This document shows, piece by piece, positions 55,370-64,000 of a stretch of 64,000 bases of DNA (positions within the stretch are counted from its first letter, which is position 1; every line of letters begins with the position of its first letter). Location of the stretch: NCBI GenBank assembly GCA_000146045.2, contig BK006946.2:128001-192000 (forward strand), in the 5' to 3' direction. A program made the translations under genes and the position numbers. This stretch comes from TPA_inf: Saccharomyces (lineage: Eukaryota). Under the pieces are notes generated by a model that made no database searches, was not told where the DNA came from, and saw nothing but the letters and a program-made list of their open reading frames with translations.

Positions 55370-55650
55370 TCATAAATCATAAATTATATTTAAAATAATA
55401 ATTTACTCGGCCGGACCCCGAAGGAGTACCCAAATATTTACTTGTTTATAATTTATTATTGAAAATGTTTTATTCTATATTGGTAGAGTTAATAAATAAT
55501 TATATAATAAATTATTGTATGATAATATAAATAATAGTTTATGTAATATTTTAAGTTATTATTTATAATAAAAAAGTAACTATTGAACCTGTTAAATTAA
55601 AATATATTCAAAAAACATTAGAGGTTGGTAAGATTCTATTAAATCGCAGA
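55370..55650. other. Extremely AT-rich block (over 85% A+T) carrying one isolated palindromic GC cluster, TACTCGGCCGGACCCCGAAGGAGTACC. It resembles yeast mitochondrial intergenic DNA and may be a nuclear insertion of mitochondrial DNA (NUMT).
   Basis: Composition far from the nuclear intergenic norm. The GC cluster resembles mitochondrial M-type GC clusters (ACCCCGAAGGAGT). Sits in a gene-free gap beside tRNA/Ty, a typical capture site for such insertions. Boundaries are approximate. Confidence 0.4.
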
Positions 55651-55897
55651 AATCAAATAATATGAAGAGTAAAACAGGTAGATGAAATAAATTTATTATT
55701 AATTTAGTTTACGTAAATCGAAATGACAGGCCTTTTCTGTGTTTTTTGATGGTTATATAATCAGAAAAATTTGATAAATATTGTTTATATGTAAAGACTA
55801 TTAATGATTGTTTCTATCGTCAGGATATTTTGAAAACGTCCAAATATGTAAAACAACTTCTAAACATTAAATATTTTTGGTGAATTAAAAAAAAATA

Positions 55898-55968
55898 TGC
55901 GCAAGCCCGGAATCGAACCGGGGGCCCAACGATGGCAACGTTGGATTTTACCACTAAACCACTTGCGC
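55898..55968 (-). tRNA. tG(GCC): tRNA-Gly (GCC), 71 nt
   Basis: Reverse complement reads GCGCAAGTGGTTTAGTGGTAAAATCCAACGTTGCCATCGTTGGGCCCCCGGTTCGATTCCGGGCTTGCGCA, with anticodon GCC. Confidence 0.92.
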
Positions 55969-56169
55969 GATCTTTATTGGTATTTGTTGGAACATAGAGT
56001 TAACTAACCATATATAACAACTTCTTAAATGCACAGTACAGTCTATTCAAAACTGTAGCTATGCGCTGCATCTTGTGGCAAACTCGAATGGAATTGTGGG
56101 TTTGCTAGGTCTCTGTCCATCTGTAAACAATATTTCCCGGGAACGGGCAACAAAGGTAATGTTTATATG

Positions 56170-56501
56170 TGTTGGAATAAAAATCCACTATCGTCTATCA
56201 ACTAATAGTTATATTATCAATATATTATCATATACGGTGTTAAGATGATGACATAAGTTATGAGAAGCTGTCATCGAGGTTAGAGGAAGCTGAAGTGCAA
56301 GGATTGATAATGTAATAGGATAATGAAACATATAAAACGGAATGAGGAATAATCGTAATATTAGTATGTAGAAATATAGATTCCATTTTGAGGATTCCTA
56401 TATCCTCGAGGAGAACTTCTAGTATATTCTGTATACCTAATATTATAGCCTTTATCAACAATGGAATCCCAACAATTATCTAATTACCCAAATATATCTC
56501 A
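56170..56501 (+). repeat. Ty1 5' LTR (delta), 332 bp. The TYA ATG at 56461 lies inside it.
   Basis: Identical to the 3' copy, followed immediately by the tRNA-iMet primer-binding site. Confidence 0.9.
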
Positions 56502-57783
56502 TGGTAGCGCCTGTGCTTCGGTTACTTCTAAGGAAGTCCACACAAATCAAGATCCGTTAGACGTTTCAGCTTCCAAAATTCAAGAATATGATAAGGCTTC
56601 CACTAAGGCTAACTCTCAACAGACAACAACACCTGCTTCATCAGCTGTTCCAGAGAACCTCCATCATGCCTCTCCTCAACCTGCTTCAGTACCACCTCCA
56701 CAGAATGGGCCGTACCCACAGCAGTGCATGATGACCCAAAACCAAGCCAATCCATCTGGTTGGTCATTTTACGGACACCCATCTATGATTCCGTATACAC
56801 CTTATCAAATGTCGCCTATGTACTTTCCACCTGGGCCACAATCACAGTTTCCGCAGTATCCATCATCAGTTGGAACGCCTCTGAGCACTCCATCACCTGA
56901 GTCAGGTAATACATTTACTGATTCATCCTCAGCGGACTCTGATATGACATCCACTAAAAAATATGTCAGACCACCACCAATGTTAACCTCACCTAATGAC
57001 TTTCCAAATTGGGTTAAAACATACATCAAATTTTTACAAAACTCGAATCTCGGTGGTATTATTCCGACAGTAAACGGAAAACCCGTACGTCAGATCACTG
57101 ATGATGAACTCACCTTCTTGTATAACACTTTTCAAATATTTGCTCCCTCTCAATTCCTACCTACCTGGGTCAAAGACATCCTATCCGTTGATTATACGGA
57201 TATCATGAAAATTCTTTCCAAAAGTATTGAAAAAATGCAATCTGATACCCAAGAGGCAAACGACATTGTGACCCTGGCAAATTTGCAATATAATGGCAGT
57301 ACACCTGCAGATGCATTTGAAACAAAAGTCACAAACATTATCGACAGACTGAACAATAATGGCATTCATATCAATAACAAGGTCGCATGCCAATTAATTA
57401 TGAGAGGTCTATCTGGCGAATATAAATTTTTACGCTACACACGTCATCGACATCTAAATATGACAGTCGCTGAACTGTTCTTAGATATCCATGCTATTTA
57501 TGAAGAACAACAGGGATCGAGAAACAGCAAACCTAATTACAGGAGAAATCCGAGTGATGAGAAGAATGATTCTCGCAGCTATACGAATACAACCAAACCC
57601 AAAGTTATAGCTCGGAATCCTCAAAAAACAAATAATTCGAAATCGAAAACAGCCAGGGCTCACAATGTATCCACATCTAATAACTCTCCCAGCACGGACA
57701 ACGATTCCATCAGTAAATCAACTACTGAACCGATTCAATTGAACAATAAGCACGACCTTCATCTTAGGCCAGAAACTTACTGA
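56461..57783 (+). CDS. TYA1: Ty1 Gag (TYA), 440 aa
   Basis: ORF track; begins [39 protein letters not shown]..., a close variant of canonical Ty1-H3 Gag. Confidence 0.92.
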   Translation: MESQQLSNYPNISHGSACASVTSKEVHTNQDPLDVSASKIQEYDKASTKANSQQTTTPASSAVPENLHHASPQPASVPPPQNGPYPQQCMMTQNQANPSGWSFYGHPSMIPYTPYQMSPMYFPPGPQSQFPQYPSSVGTPLSTPSPESGNTFTDSSSADSDMTSTKKYVRPPPMLTSPNDFPNWVKTYIKFLQNSNLGGIIPTVNGKPVRQITDDELTFLYNTFQIFAPSQFLPTWVKDILSVDYTDIMKILSKSIEKMQSDTQEANDIVTLANLQYNGSTPADAFETKVTNIIDRLNNNGIHINNKVACQLIMRGLSGEYKFLRYTRHRHLNMTVAELFLDIHAIYEEQQGSRNSKPNYRRNPSDEKNDSRSYTNTTKPKVIARNPQKTNNSKSKTARAHNVSTSNNSPSTDNDSISKSTTEPIQLNNKHDLHLRPETY

Positions 57784-60700
57784 ATCTACAGTAAATCATA
57801 CTAATCATTCTGATGATGAACTCCCTGGACACCTCCTTCTCGATTCAGGAGCATCACGAACCCTTATAAGATCTGCTCATCACATACACTCAGCATCATC
57901 TAATCCTGACATAAACGTAGTTGATGCTCAAAAAAGAAATATACCAATTAACGCTATTGGTGACCTACAATTTCACTTCCAGGACAACACCAAAACATCA
58001 ATAAAGGTATTGCACACTCCTAACATAGCCTATGACTTACTCAGTTTGAATGAATTGGCTGCAGTAGATATCACAGCATGCTTTACCAAAAACGTCTTAG
58101 AACGGTCTGACGGCACTGTACTTGCACCTATCGTAAAATATGGAGACTTTTACTGGGTATCTAAAAAGTACTTGCTTCCATCAAATATCTCCGTACCCAC
58201 CATCAATAATGTCCATACAAGTGAAAGTACACGCAAATATCCTTATCCTTTCATTCATCGAATGCTTGCACATGCCAATGCACAGACAATTCGATACTCA
58301 CTTAAAAATAACACCATCACGTATTTTAACGAATCAGATGTCGACTGGTCTAGTGCTATTGACTATCAATGTCCTGATTGTTTAATCGGCAAAAGCACCA
58401 AACACAGACATATCAAAGGTTCACGACTAAAATACCAAAATTCATACGAACCCTTTCAATACCTACATACTGACATATTTGGTCCAGTTCACAACCTACC
58501 AAAAAGTGCACCATCCTATTTCATCTCATTTACTGATGAGACAACAAAATTCCGTTGGGTTTATCCATTACACGACCGTCGCGAGGACTCTATCCTCGAT
58601 GTTTTTACTACGATACTAGCTTTTATTAAGAACCAGTTTCAGGCCAGTGTCTTGGTTATACAAATGGACCGTGGTTCTGAGTATACTAACAGAACTCTCC
58701 ATAAATTCCTTGAAAAAAATGGTATAACTCCATGCTATACAACCACAGCGGATTCCCGAGCACATGGAGTCGCTGAACGGCTCAACCGTACCTTATTAGA
58801 TGACTGCCGTACTCAACTGCAATGTAGTGGTTTACCGAACCATTTATGGTTCTCTGCAATCGAATTTTCTACTATTGTGAGAAATTCACTAGCTTCACCT
58901 AAAAGCAAAAAATCTGCAAGACAACATGCTGGCTTGGCAGGACTTGATATCAGTACTTTGTTACCTTTCGGTCAACCTGTTATCGTCAATGATCACAACC
59001 CTAACTCCAAAATACATCCTCGTGGCATCCCAGGCTACGCTCTACATCCGTCTCGAAACTCTTATGGATATATCATCTATCTTCCATCCTTAAAGAAGAC
59101 AGTAGATACAACTAACTATGTTATTCTTCAGGGCAAGGAATCCAGATTAGATCAATTCAATTACGACGCACTCACTTTCGATGAAGACTTAAACCGTTTA
59201 ACTGCTTCATATCAATCGTTCATTGCGTCAAATGAGATCCAACAATCCGATGATCTTAACATAGAATCTGACCATGACTTCCAATCTGACATCGAACTAC
59301 ATCCTGAGCAACCGAGAAATGTCCTTTCAAAAGCTGTGAGTCCAACCGATTCCACACCTCCGTCAACTCATACTGAAGATTCGAAACGTGTTTCTAAAAC
59401 CAATATTCGCGCACCCAGAGAAGTTGACCCCAACATATCTGAATCTAATATTCTTCCATCAAAGAAGAGATCTAGCACCCCCCAAATTTCCAATATCGAG
59501 AGTACCGGTTCGGGTGGTATGCATAAATTAAATGTTCCTTTACTTGCTCCCATGTCCCAATCTAACACACATGAGTCGTCGCACGCCAGTAAATCTAAAG
59601 ATTTCAGACACTCAGACTCGTACAGTGAAAATGAGACTAATCATACAAACGTACCAATATCCAGTACGGGTGGTACCAACAACAAAACTGTTCCGCAGAT
59701 AAGTGACCAAGAGACTGAGAAAAGGATTATACACCGTTCACCTTCAATCGATGCTTCTCCACCGGAAAATAATTCATCGCACAATATTGTTCCTATCAAA
59801 ACGCCAACTACTGTTTCTGAACAGAATACCGAGGAATCTATCATCGCTGATCTCCCACTCCCTGATCTACCTCCAGAATCTCCTACCGAATTCCCTGACC
59901 CATTTAAAGAACTCCCACCGATAAATTCTCATCAAACTAATTCCAGTTTGGGTGGTATTGGTGACTCTAATGCCTATACTACTATCAACAGTAAGAAAAG
60001 ATCATTAGAAGATAATGAAACTGAAATTAAGGTATCACGAGACACATGGAATACTAAGAATATGCGTAGTTTAGAACCTCCGAGATCGAAGAAACGAATT
60101 CACCTGATTGCAGCTGTAAAAGCAGTAAAATCAATCAAACCAATACGGACAACCTTAAGATACGATGAGGCAATCACCTATAATAAAGATATTAAAGAAA
60201 AGGAAAAATATATCGAAGCATACCACAAAGAAGTCAACCAACTATTGAAAATGAATACTTGGGACACTGACAAATATTATGACAGAAAAGAAATAGACCC
60301 TAAAAGAGTAATAAATTCAATGTTTATCTTCAACAGGAAACGTGACGGTACTCATAAAGCTAGATTTGTTGCAAGAGGTGATATTCAGCATCCTGACACT
60401 TACGACTCAGGCATGCAATCCAATACCGTACATCACTATGCATTAATGACATCCCTGTCACTTGCATTAGACAATAACTACTATATTACACAATTAGACA
60501 TATCTTCGGCATATTTGTATGCAGACATCAAAGAAGAATTATACATAAGACCTCCACCACATTTAGGAATGAATGATAAGTTGATACGTTTGAAGAAATC
60601 ACTTTATGGATTGAAACAAAGTGGAGCGAACTGGTACGAAACTATCAAATCATACCTGATAAAACAGTGTGGTATGGAAGAAGTTCGTGGATGGTCATGC

Positions 60701-61729
60701 GTATTTAAGAATAGTCAAGTAACAATTTGCTTATTCGTTGATGATATGATATTGTTCAGCAAAGACTTAAATGCAAATAAGAAAATCATAACAACACTCA
60801 AGAAACAATACGATACAAAGATAATAAATCTGGGTGAAAGTGATAACGAAATTCAGTACGACATACTTGGCTTAGAAATCAAATATCAAAGAGGTAAATA
60901 CATGAAATTAGGTATGGAAAACTCATTAACTGAGAAAATACCCAAATTAAACGTACCTTTGAATCCAAAAGGAAGAAAACTTAGCGCTCCAGGTCAACCA
61001 GGTCTTTATATAGACCAGGATGAACTAGAAATAGATGAAGATGAATACAAAGAGAAGGTACATGAAATGCAAAAGTTGATTGGTCTAGCTTCATATGTTG
61101 GATATAAATTTAGATTTGACTTACTATACTACATCAACACACTTGCTCAACATATACTATTCCCCTCTAGGCAAGTTTTAGACATGACATATGAGTTAAT
61201 ACAATTCATGTGGGACACTAGAGATAAACAACTGATATGGCACAAAAACAAACCTACCGAGCCAGATAATAAACTAGTCGCAATAAGTGATGCTTCATAT
61301 GGTAACCAACCATATTACAAGTCACAAATTGGCAACATATATTTACTTAATGGAAAGGTAATTGGAGGAAAGTCCACCAAGGCTTCATTAACATGTACTT
61401 CAACTACGGAAGCAGAAATACACGCGATAAGTGAATCTGTCCCATTATTAAATAACCTCAGTCACCTTGTGCAAGAACTTAACAAGAAACCAATTACTAA
61501 AGGATTACTAACCGACAGTAAATCTACAATCAGTATAATTATATCCAATAATGAAGAGAAATTTAGAAACAGATTTTTTGGTACTAAAGCAATGAGACTA
61601 AGAGATGAAGTATCAGGAAATCATCTGCACGTATGCTATATCGAAACCAAAAAGAATATTGCAGACGTAATGACCAAACCTCTTCCGATAAAAACATTCA
61701 AACTATTAACAAACAAATGGATTCATTAG
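57767..61729 (+). CDS. TYB1: Ty1 Pol (TYB: protease DSGAS, integrase HHCC/DD35E, reverse transcriptase FVDDM, RNase H). Expressed as a Gag-Pol fusion by a +1 frameshift at CTT-AGG-C (57763-57769).
   Basis: The +1 frame is open from GGC at 57767 to the TAG at 61727-61729. The heptamer CTTAGGC is present 14 nt before the TYA stop. The track ORF 58010..61729 is the ATG-delimited part of this frame. Confidence 0.9.
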   Translation, partial: GQKLTESTVNHTNHSDDELPGHLLLDSGASRTLIRSAHHIHSASSNPDINVVDAQKRNIPINAIGDLQFHFQDNTKTSIKVLHTPNIAYDLLSLNELAAVDITACFTKNVLERSDGTVLAPIVKYGDFYWVSKKYLLPSNISVPTINNVHTSESTRKYPYPFIHRMLAHANAQTIRYSLKNNTITYFNESDVDWSSAIDYQCPDCLIGKSTKHRHIKGSRLKYQNSYEPFQYLHTDIFGPVHNLPKSAPSYFISFTDETTKFRWVYPLHDRREDSILDVFTTILAFIKNQFQASVLVIQMDRGSEYTNRTLHKFLEKNGITPCYTTTADSRAHGVAERLNRTLLDDCRTQLQCSGLPNHLWFSAIEFSTIVRNSLASPKSKKSARQHAGLAGLDISTLLPFGQPVIVNDHNPNSKIHPRGIPGYALHPSRNSYGYIIYLPSLKKTVDTTNYVILQGKESRLDQFNYDALTFDEDLNRLTASYQSFIASNEIQQSDDLNIESDHDFQSDIELHPEQPRNVLSKAVSPTDSTPPSTHTEDSKRVSKTNIRAPREVDPNISESNILPSKKRSSTPQISNIESTGSGGMHKLNVPLLAPMSQSNTHESSHASKSKDFRHSDSYSENETNHTNVPISSTGGTNNKTVPQISDQETEKRIIHRSPSIDASPPENNSSHNIVPIKTPTTVSEQNTEESIIADLPLPDLPPESPTEFPDPFKELPPINSHQTNSSLGGIGDSNAYTTINSKKRSLEDNETEIKVSRDTWNTKNMRSLEPPRSKKRIHLIAAVKAVKSIKPIRTTLRYDEAITYNKDIKEKEKYIEAYHKEVNQLLKMNTWDTDKYYDRKEIDPKRVINSMFIFNRKRDGTHKARFVARGDIQHPDTYDSGMQSNTVHHYALMTSLSLALDNNYYITQLDISSAYLYADIKEELYIRPPPHLGMNDKLIRLKKSLYGLKQSGANWYETIKSYLIKQCGMEEVRGWSCVFKNSQVTICLFVDDMILFSKDLNANKKIITTLKKQYDTKIINLGESDNEIQYDILGLEIKYQRGKYMKLGMENSLTEKIPKLNVPLNPKGRKLSAPGQPGLYIDQDELEIDEDEYKEKVHEMQKLIGLASYVGYKFRFDLLYYINTLAQHILFPSRQVLDMTYELIQFMWDTRDKQLIWHKNKPTEPDNKLVAISDASYGNQPYYKSQIGNIYLLNGKVIGGKSTKASLTCTSTTEAEIHAISESVPLLNNLSHLVQELNKKPITKGLLTDSKSTISIIISNNEEKFRNRFFGTKAMRLRDEVSGNHLHVCYIETKKNIADVMTKPLPIKTFKLLTNKWIH

Positions 61730-61751
61730 ATCTATTACATTATGGGTGGTA

Positions 61752-62083
61752 TGTTGGAATAAAAATCCACTATCGTCTATCAACTAATAGTTATATTATC
61801 AATATATTATCATATACGGTGTTAAGATGATGACATAAGTTATGAGAAGCTGTCATCGAGGTTAGAGGAAGCTGAAGTGCAAGGATTGATAATGTAATAG
61901 GATAATGAAACATATAAAACGGAATGAGGAATAATCGTAATATTAGTATGTAGAAATATAGATTCCATTTTGAGGATTCCTATATCCTCGAGGAGAACTT
62001 CTAGTATATTCTGTATACCTAATATTATAGCCTTTATCAACAATGGAATCCCAACAATTATCTAATTACCCACATATATCTCA
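61752..62083 (+). repeat. Ty1 3' LTR (delta), 332 bp
   Basis: Identical to the 5' LTR and preceded by the polypurine tract. Confidence 0.9.
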
Positions 62084-62243
62084 ATATGCTATGTTCTTTA
62101 TTATCAATATGCAAAATATTACTCTATGAAGTATAAATATATGTACTGCTTATATACATGCATGCTTTTTAATTACACTTAAAAACAAAAAATGTTTTAA
62201 GTTTCCCTAGTTGAAACCAAGTTATTAAAGTTTACTAGTTTGT

Positions 62244-63767
62244 TCACTCACTTGAGTCTTCATCACTGTAATGCATTTCGTCCAACCCGTTGTCCTCCGG
62301 CGATAAATCCATCAGCTGCGTATCTAGAAATTCTGCATTTGTTTCATACACGTCTCCAAAAGAGTTTTCCACTGAACTGTTATCAATGCTATCATATACG
62401 TTGGCTACATCCCTCTCTTGAATGTCTTGTGCTTCGCCGTACAGTCTTGACTCGAAGCTTTTCAGTTGATTTTCAATTAACCTGCTAGGGACGGCAAACC
62501 CACCTTTATCTAAGCAAATTTTTAAAAACGTTCTCACGTAGTGAATATGTTTTATAACCTGGTTGATCTTTATGTCTCTATCCAAACCAATTAGGTCATT
62601 ATTTTTGTTGTCATTGACAAATTGCCTCGACAATGTATCGGCCTTCAATAAATGACAAGATGCATAAATGAACCAAACTTCAGCGTCTTCCATAAACGGA
62701 GGGGTCAATACCCATTCTGATATCTTATCAATCAATTCTTGTAGTAAATCGTTTTCCGTATCAAAAGGTTTGTCAATGATGTTTGATGATGGTTCCATAG
62801 ATTTTTGGCAATTAATTAAAGAAGACCAAAGGTACGTGATAGCAAATTTCGCAGTATGTGTTCTAGAACCGGTTTGAAAAGGAGGGACAATGGAACGGTA
62901 ATTGATGTTCTGAACAAATCTTGACTTTGACGAATAGATTTGACACATCCATTGTAAGAAGTCAAGACCACTTGATGAATTTGATAAATTATCCAGTATT
63001 TCAACGCCAATGCCCCAAAGAGACTTGATTTGAACCCCTGGGATCCTTATTAATGTGGCGAATATTTTATATGCAAGCGACCAGTTATGTCTTGACACAT
63101 TCAAATGCAAAAGGTCGGTTAATGTTACTATATGTCTTGTGCGGTAGTTTCTGACTTCTGATGTTGATGTTTTTAATGGCTCTAACCCTCTAGATATAGA
63201 TTGGAAGTAAAGTTTATTTTCCTTTGTACAATGCAAAAGTGGAATTTCCATTTTCCTTAAAGGAATCTTTTCAATTTTTTTAAAATTATGATACGTCATT
63301 TTTTGTTTGTTAATGGGCTGTTTATTTTGTGAGGACACTGTTCGCCAAATTTCGAAACTCTTCTCAGGTTTTTCGTATTTTTTCCAAAATTTTCTCTCCT
63401 CATCACTATCTTCCTTGTCTATCCCGGTGTCATGTTCGCCACCTTCCTCAGTTTCCTCCTCTTGAGAGTCTGTTTCGCTTTCCGTAGTAGAGTAAATTTC
63501 ACCGACCACACTCCTCCAATGCCTTTCTCTTCTTCTTTTCTTCTGCTGTAGTACTGACCTCCTATATGTGCCGGCTTCACTGTTTTGACCTTCTTCTTCG
63601 TCATTATTTTCAGCTGCAGAATTTTCGGGCGTTGGCAAACTATCTGTGGTAGTAGATTTCTTGGAAATTCTGTCAAATCTTCTAGAAATGTAATTTATGT
63701 ATTGATACTTTAACTTTCTTCTTTGAGCAAACTTCCTATTAGTTAAAGTTATAGGGACTTCAAACAT
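62244..63767 (-). CDS. RRN11: RNA polymerase I core factor subunit, 507 aa
   Basis: ORF track; begins MFEVPITLTNRKFAQRRKLKYQYINYISRRFDR; acidic/Ser-rich N-terminal region; synteny after the Ty1/tG(GCC) locus. Confidence 0.82.
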   Translation of the reverse strand: MFEVPITLTNRKFAQRRKLKYQYINYISRRFDRISKKSTTTDSLPTPENSAAENNDEEEGQNSEAGTYRRSVLQQKKRRRERHWRSVVGEIYSTTESETDSQEEETEEGGEHDTGIDKEDSDEERKFWKKYEKPEKSFEIWRTVSSQNKQPINKQKMTYHNFKKIEKIPLRKMEIPLLHCTKENKLYFQSISRGLEPLKTSTSEVRNYRTRHIVTLTDLLHLNVSRHNWSLAYKIFATLIRIPGVQIKSLWGIGVEILDNLSNSSSGLDFLQWMCQIYSSKSRFVQNINYRSIVPPFQTGSRTHTAKFAITYLWSSLINCQKSMEPSSNIIDKPFDTENDLLQELIDKISEWVLTPPFMEDAEVWFIYASCHLLKADTLSRQFVNDNKNNDLIGLDRDIKINQVIKHIHYVRTFLKICLDKGGFAVPSRLIENQLKSFESRLYGEAQDIQERDVANVYDSIDNSSVENSFGDVYETNAEFLDTQLMDLSPEDNGLDEMHYSDEDSSE

Positions 63768-64000
63768 GGTTTATGCATCATATTAGAATTTAATTCTAAC
63801 TTTATTCGTGCTTCAATTTCTTTCTTCTTTTTCTTTAAAACACTTTTTTATTGAAGAATGCTCAAGTATAACCCACTCAAAAATATAATTGGCAATGAAA
63901 ATATAACTTTTTTAGATGTTAGCGATGCTATATCATCTGAGATGAGATGAGATGAGATGTTTATTATGATCCATTTCTTTTCTTTTTTTATTTTTTTTTT

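Larger units (their letters stand above)
56170..62083 (+). mobile_element. Full-length Ty1 LTR retrotransposon (5,914 bp) with a 5-bp target-site duplication ATATG at 56165-56169 and 62084-62088. Inserted 202 bp upstream of the tG(GCC) 5' end.
   Basis: Two identical 332-bp LTRs (TGTTGG...TCTCA); primer-binding site TGGTAGCGCC at 56502-56511; polypurine tract TGGGTGGTA at 61743-61751; Gag and Pol ORFs match the Ty1 family. Confidence 0.95.

Noticed and set aside
55370-55900. AT-rich region as a replication origin
   Set aside because: No exact ACS match was found in it, only 10/11 matches, so the mitochondrial-like composition explanation is preferred.
55969-56169. TGTTGGAACATAGAG immediately upstream of tG(GCC), as a possible additional LTR fragment
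   Set aside because: Only a 9-bp resemblance to an LTR terminus with no further delta or sigma similarity; too short to call.
1-64000. A novel multi-gene system (defence island, biosynthetic cluster, CRISPR array, toxin-antitoxin module)
   Set aside because: The window is eukaryotic yeast chromosomal DNA with spliceosomal introns, Ty elements and well-known housekeeping genes in conserved order. There are no CRISPR repeats, operon structure or unexplained long ORFs; every ORF over 150 aa is accounted for by a known yeast gene.

Overview
This window reads as nuclear DNA from Saccharomyces cerevisiae, matching the left arm of chromosome XIII from TCB3/YML072C through RRN11/YML043C. Nearly every long ORF matches, in length and sequence, a yeast protein I recognise. 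In order these are TCB3 (partial), COG8, DAK1, POB3, ITT1, ERV41 (spliced), SMA2, ORC1, TEM1, RPS1B, MFT1, PIF1, OGG1, NTE1, HUG1, SML1, CMP2, IMD4 (spliced, with a box C/D snoRNA in its intron), SPC2, CYB2, YML053C, SUR7, GAL80, AIM32, RSE1, GSF2, PRM6, PRP39 and RRN11. There are three tRNA genes, Arg-UCU, Tyr-GUA (with an intron) and Gly-GCC, and each has Ty long terminal repeat (LTR) material just upstream, the usual Pol III-targeted insertion pattern. A complete 5.9-kb Ty1 element sits about 200 bp upstream of the Gly tRNA. It has identical 332-bp LTRs, a 5-bp ATATG target-site duplication, intact TYA and TYB reading frames, and the CTT-AGG-C +1 frameshift site. I recognise no novel multi-gene system here and cannot support one from the sequence. 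The observations I could not fully explain from annotated genes are a roughly 280-bp AT-rich block with a mitochondrial-style GC cluster downstream of PRP39 (a possible nuclear insertion of mitochondrial DNA), a perfect 21-bp-arm palindrome in the HUG1 promoter, and LTR remnants stacked upstream of the Tyr tRNA. A 75-bp in-frame tandem duplication inside COG8 also stood out, although it lies within that annotated gene. ORF-track starts that use TTG, CTG or GTG were trimmed to the first ATG, which reproduces the known protein lengths. Coordinates come from manual counting and may be off by a base or so in places.
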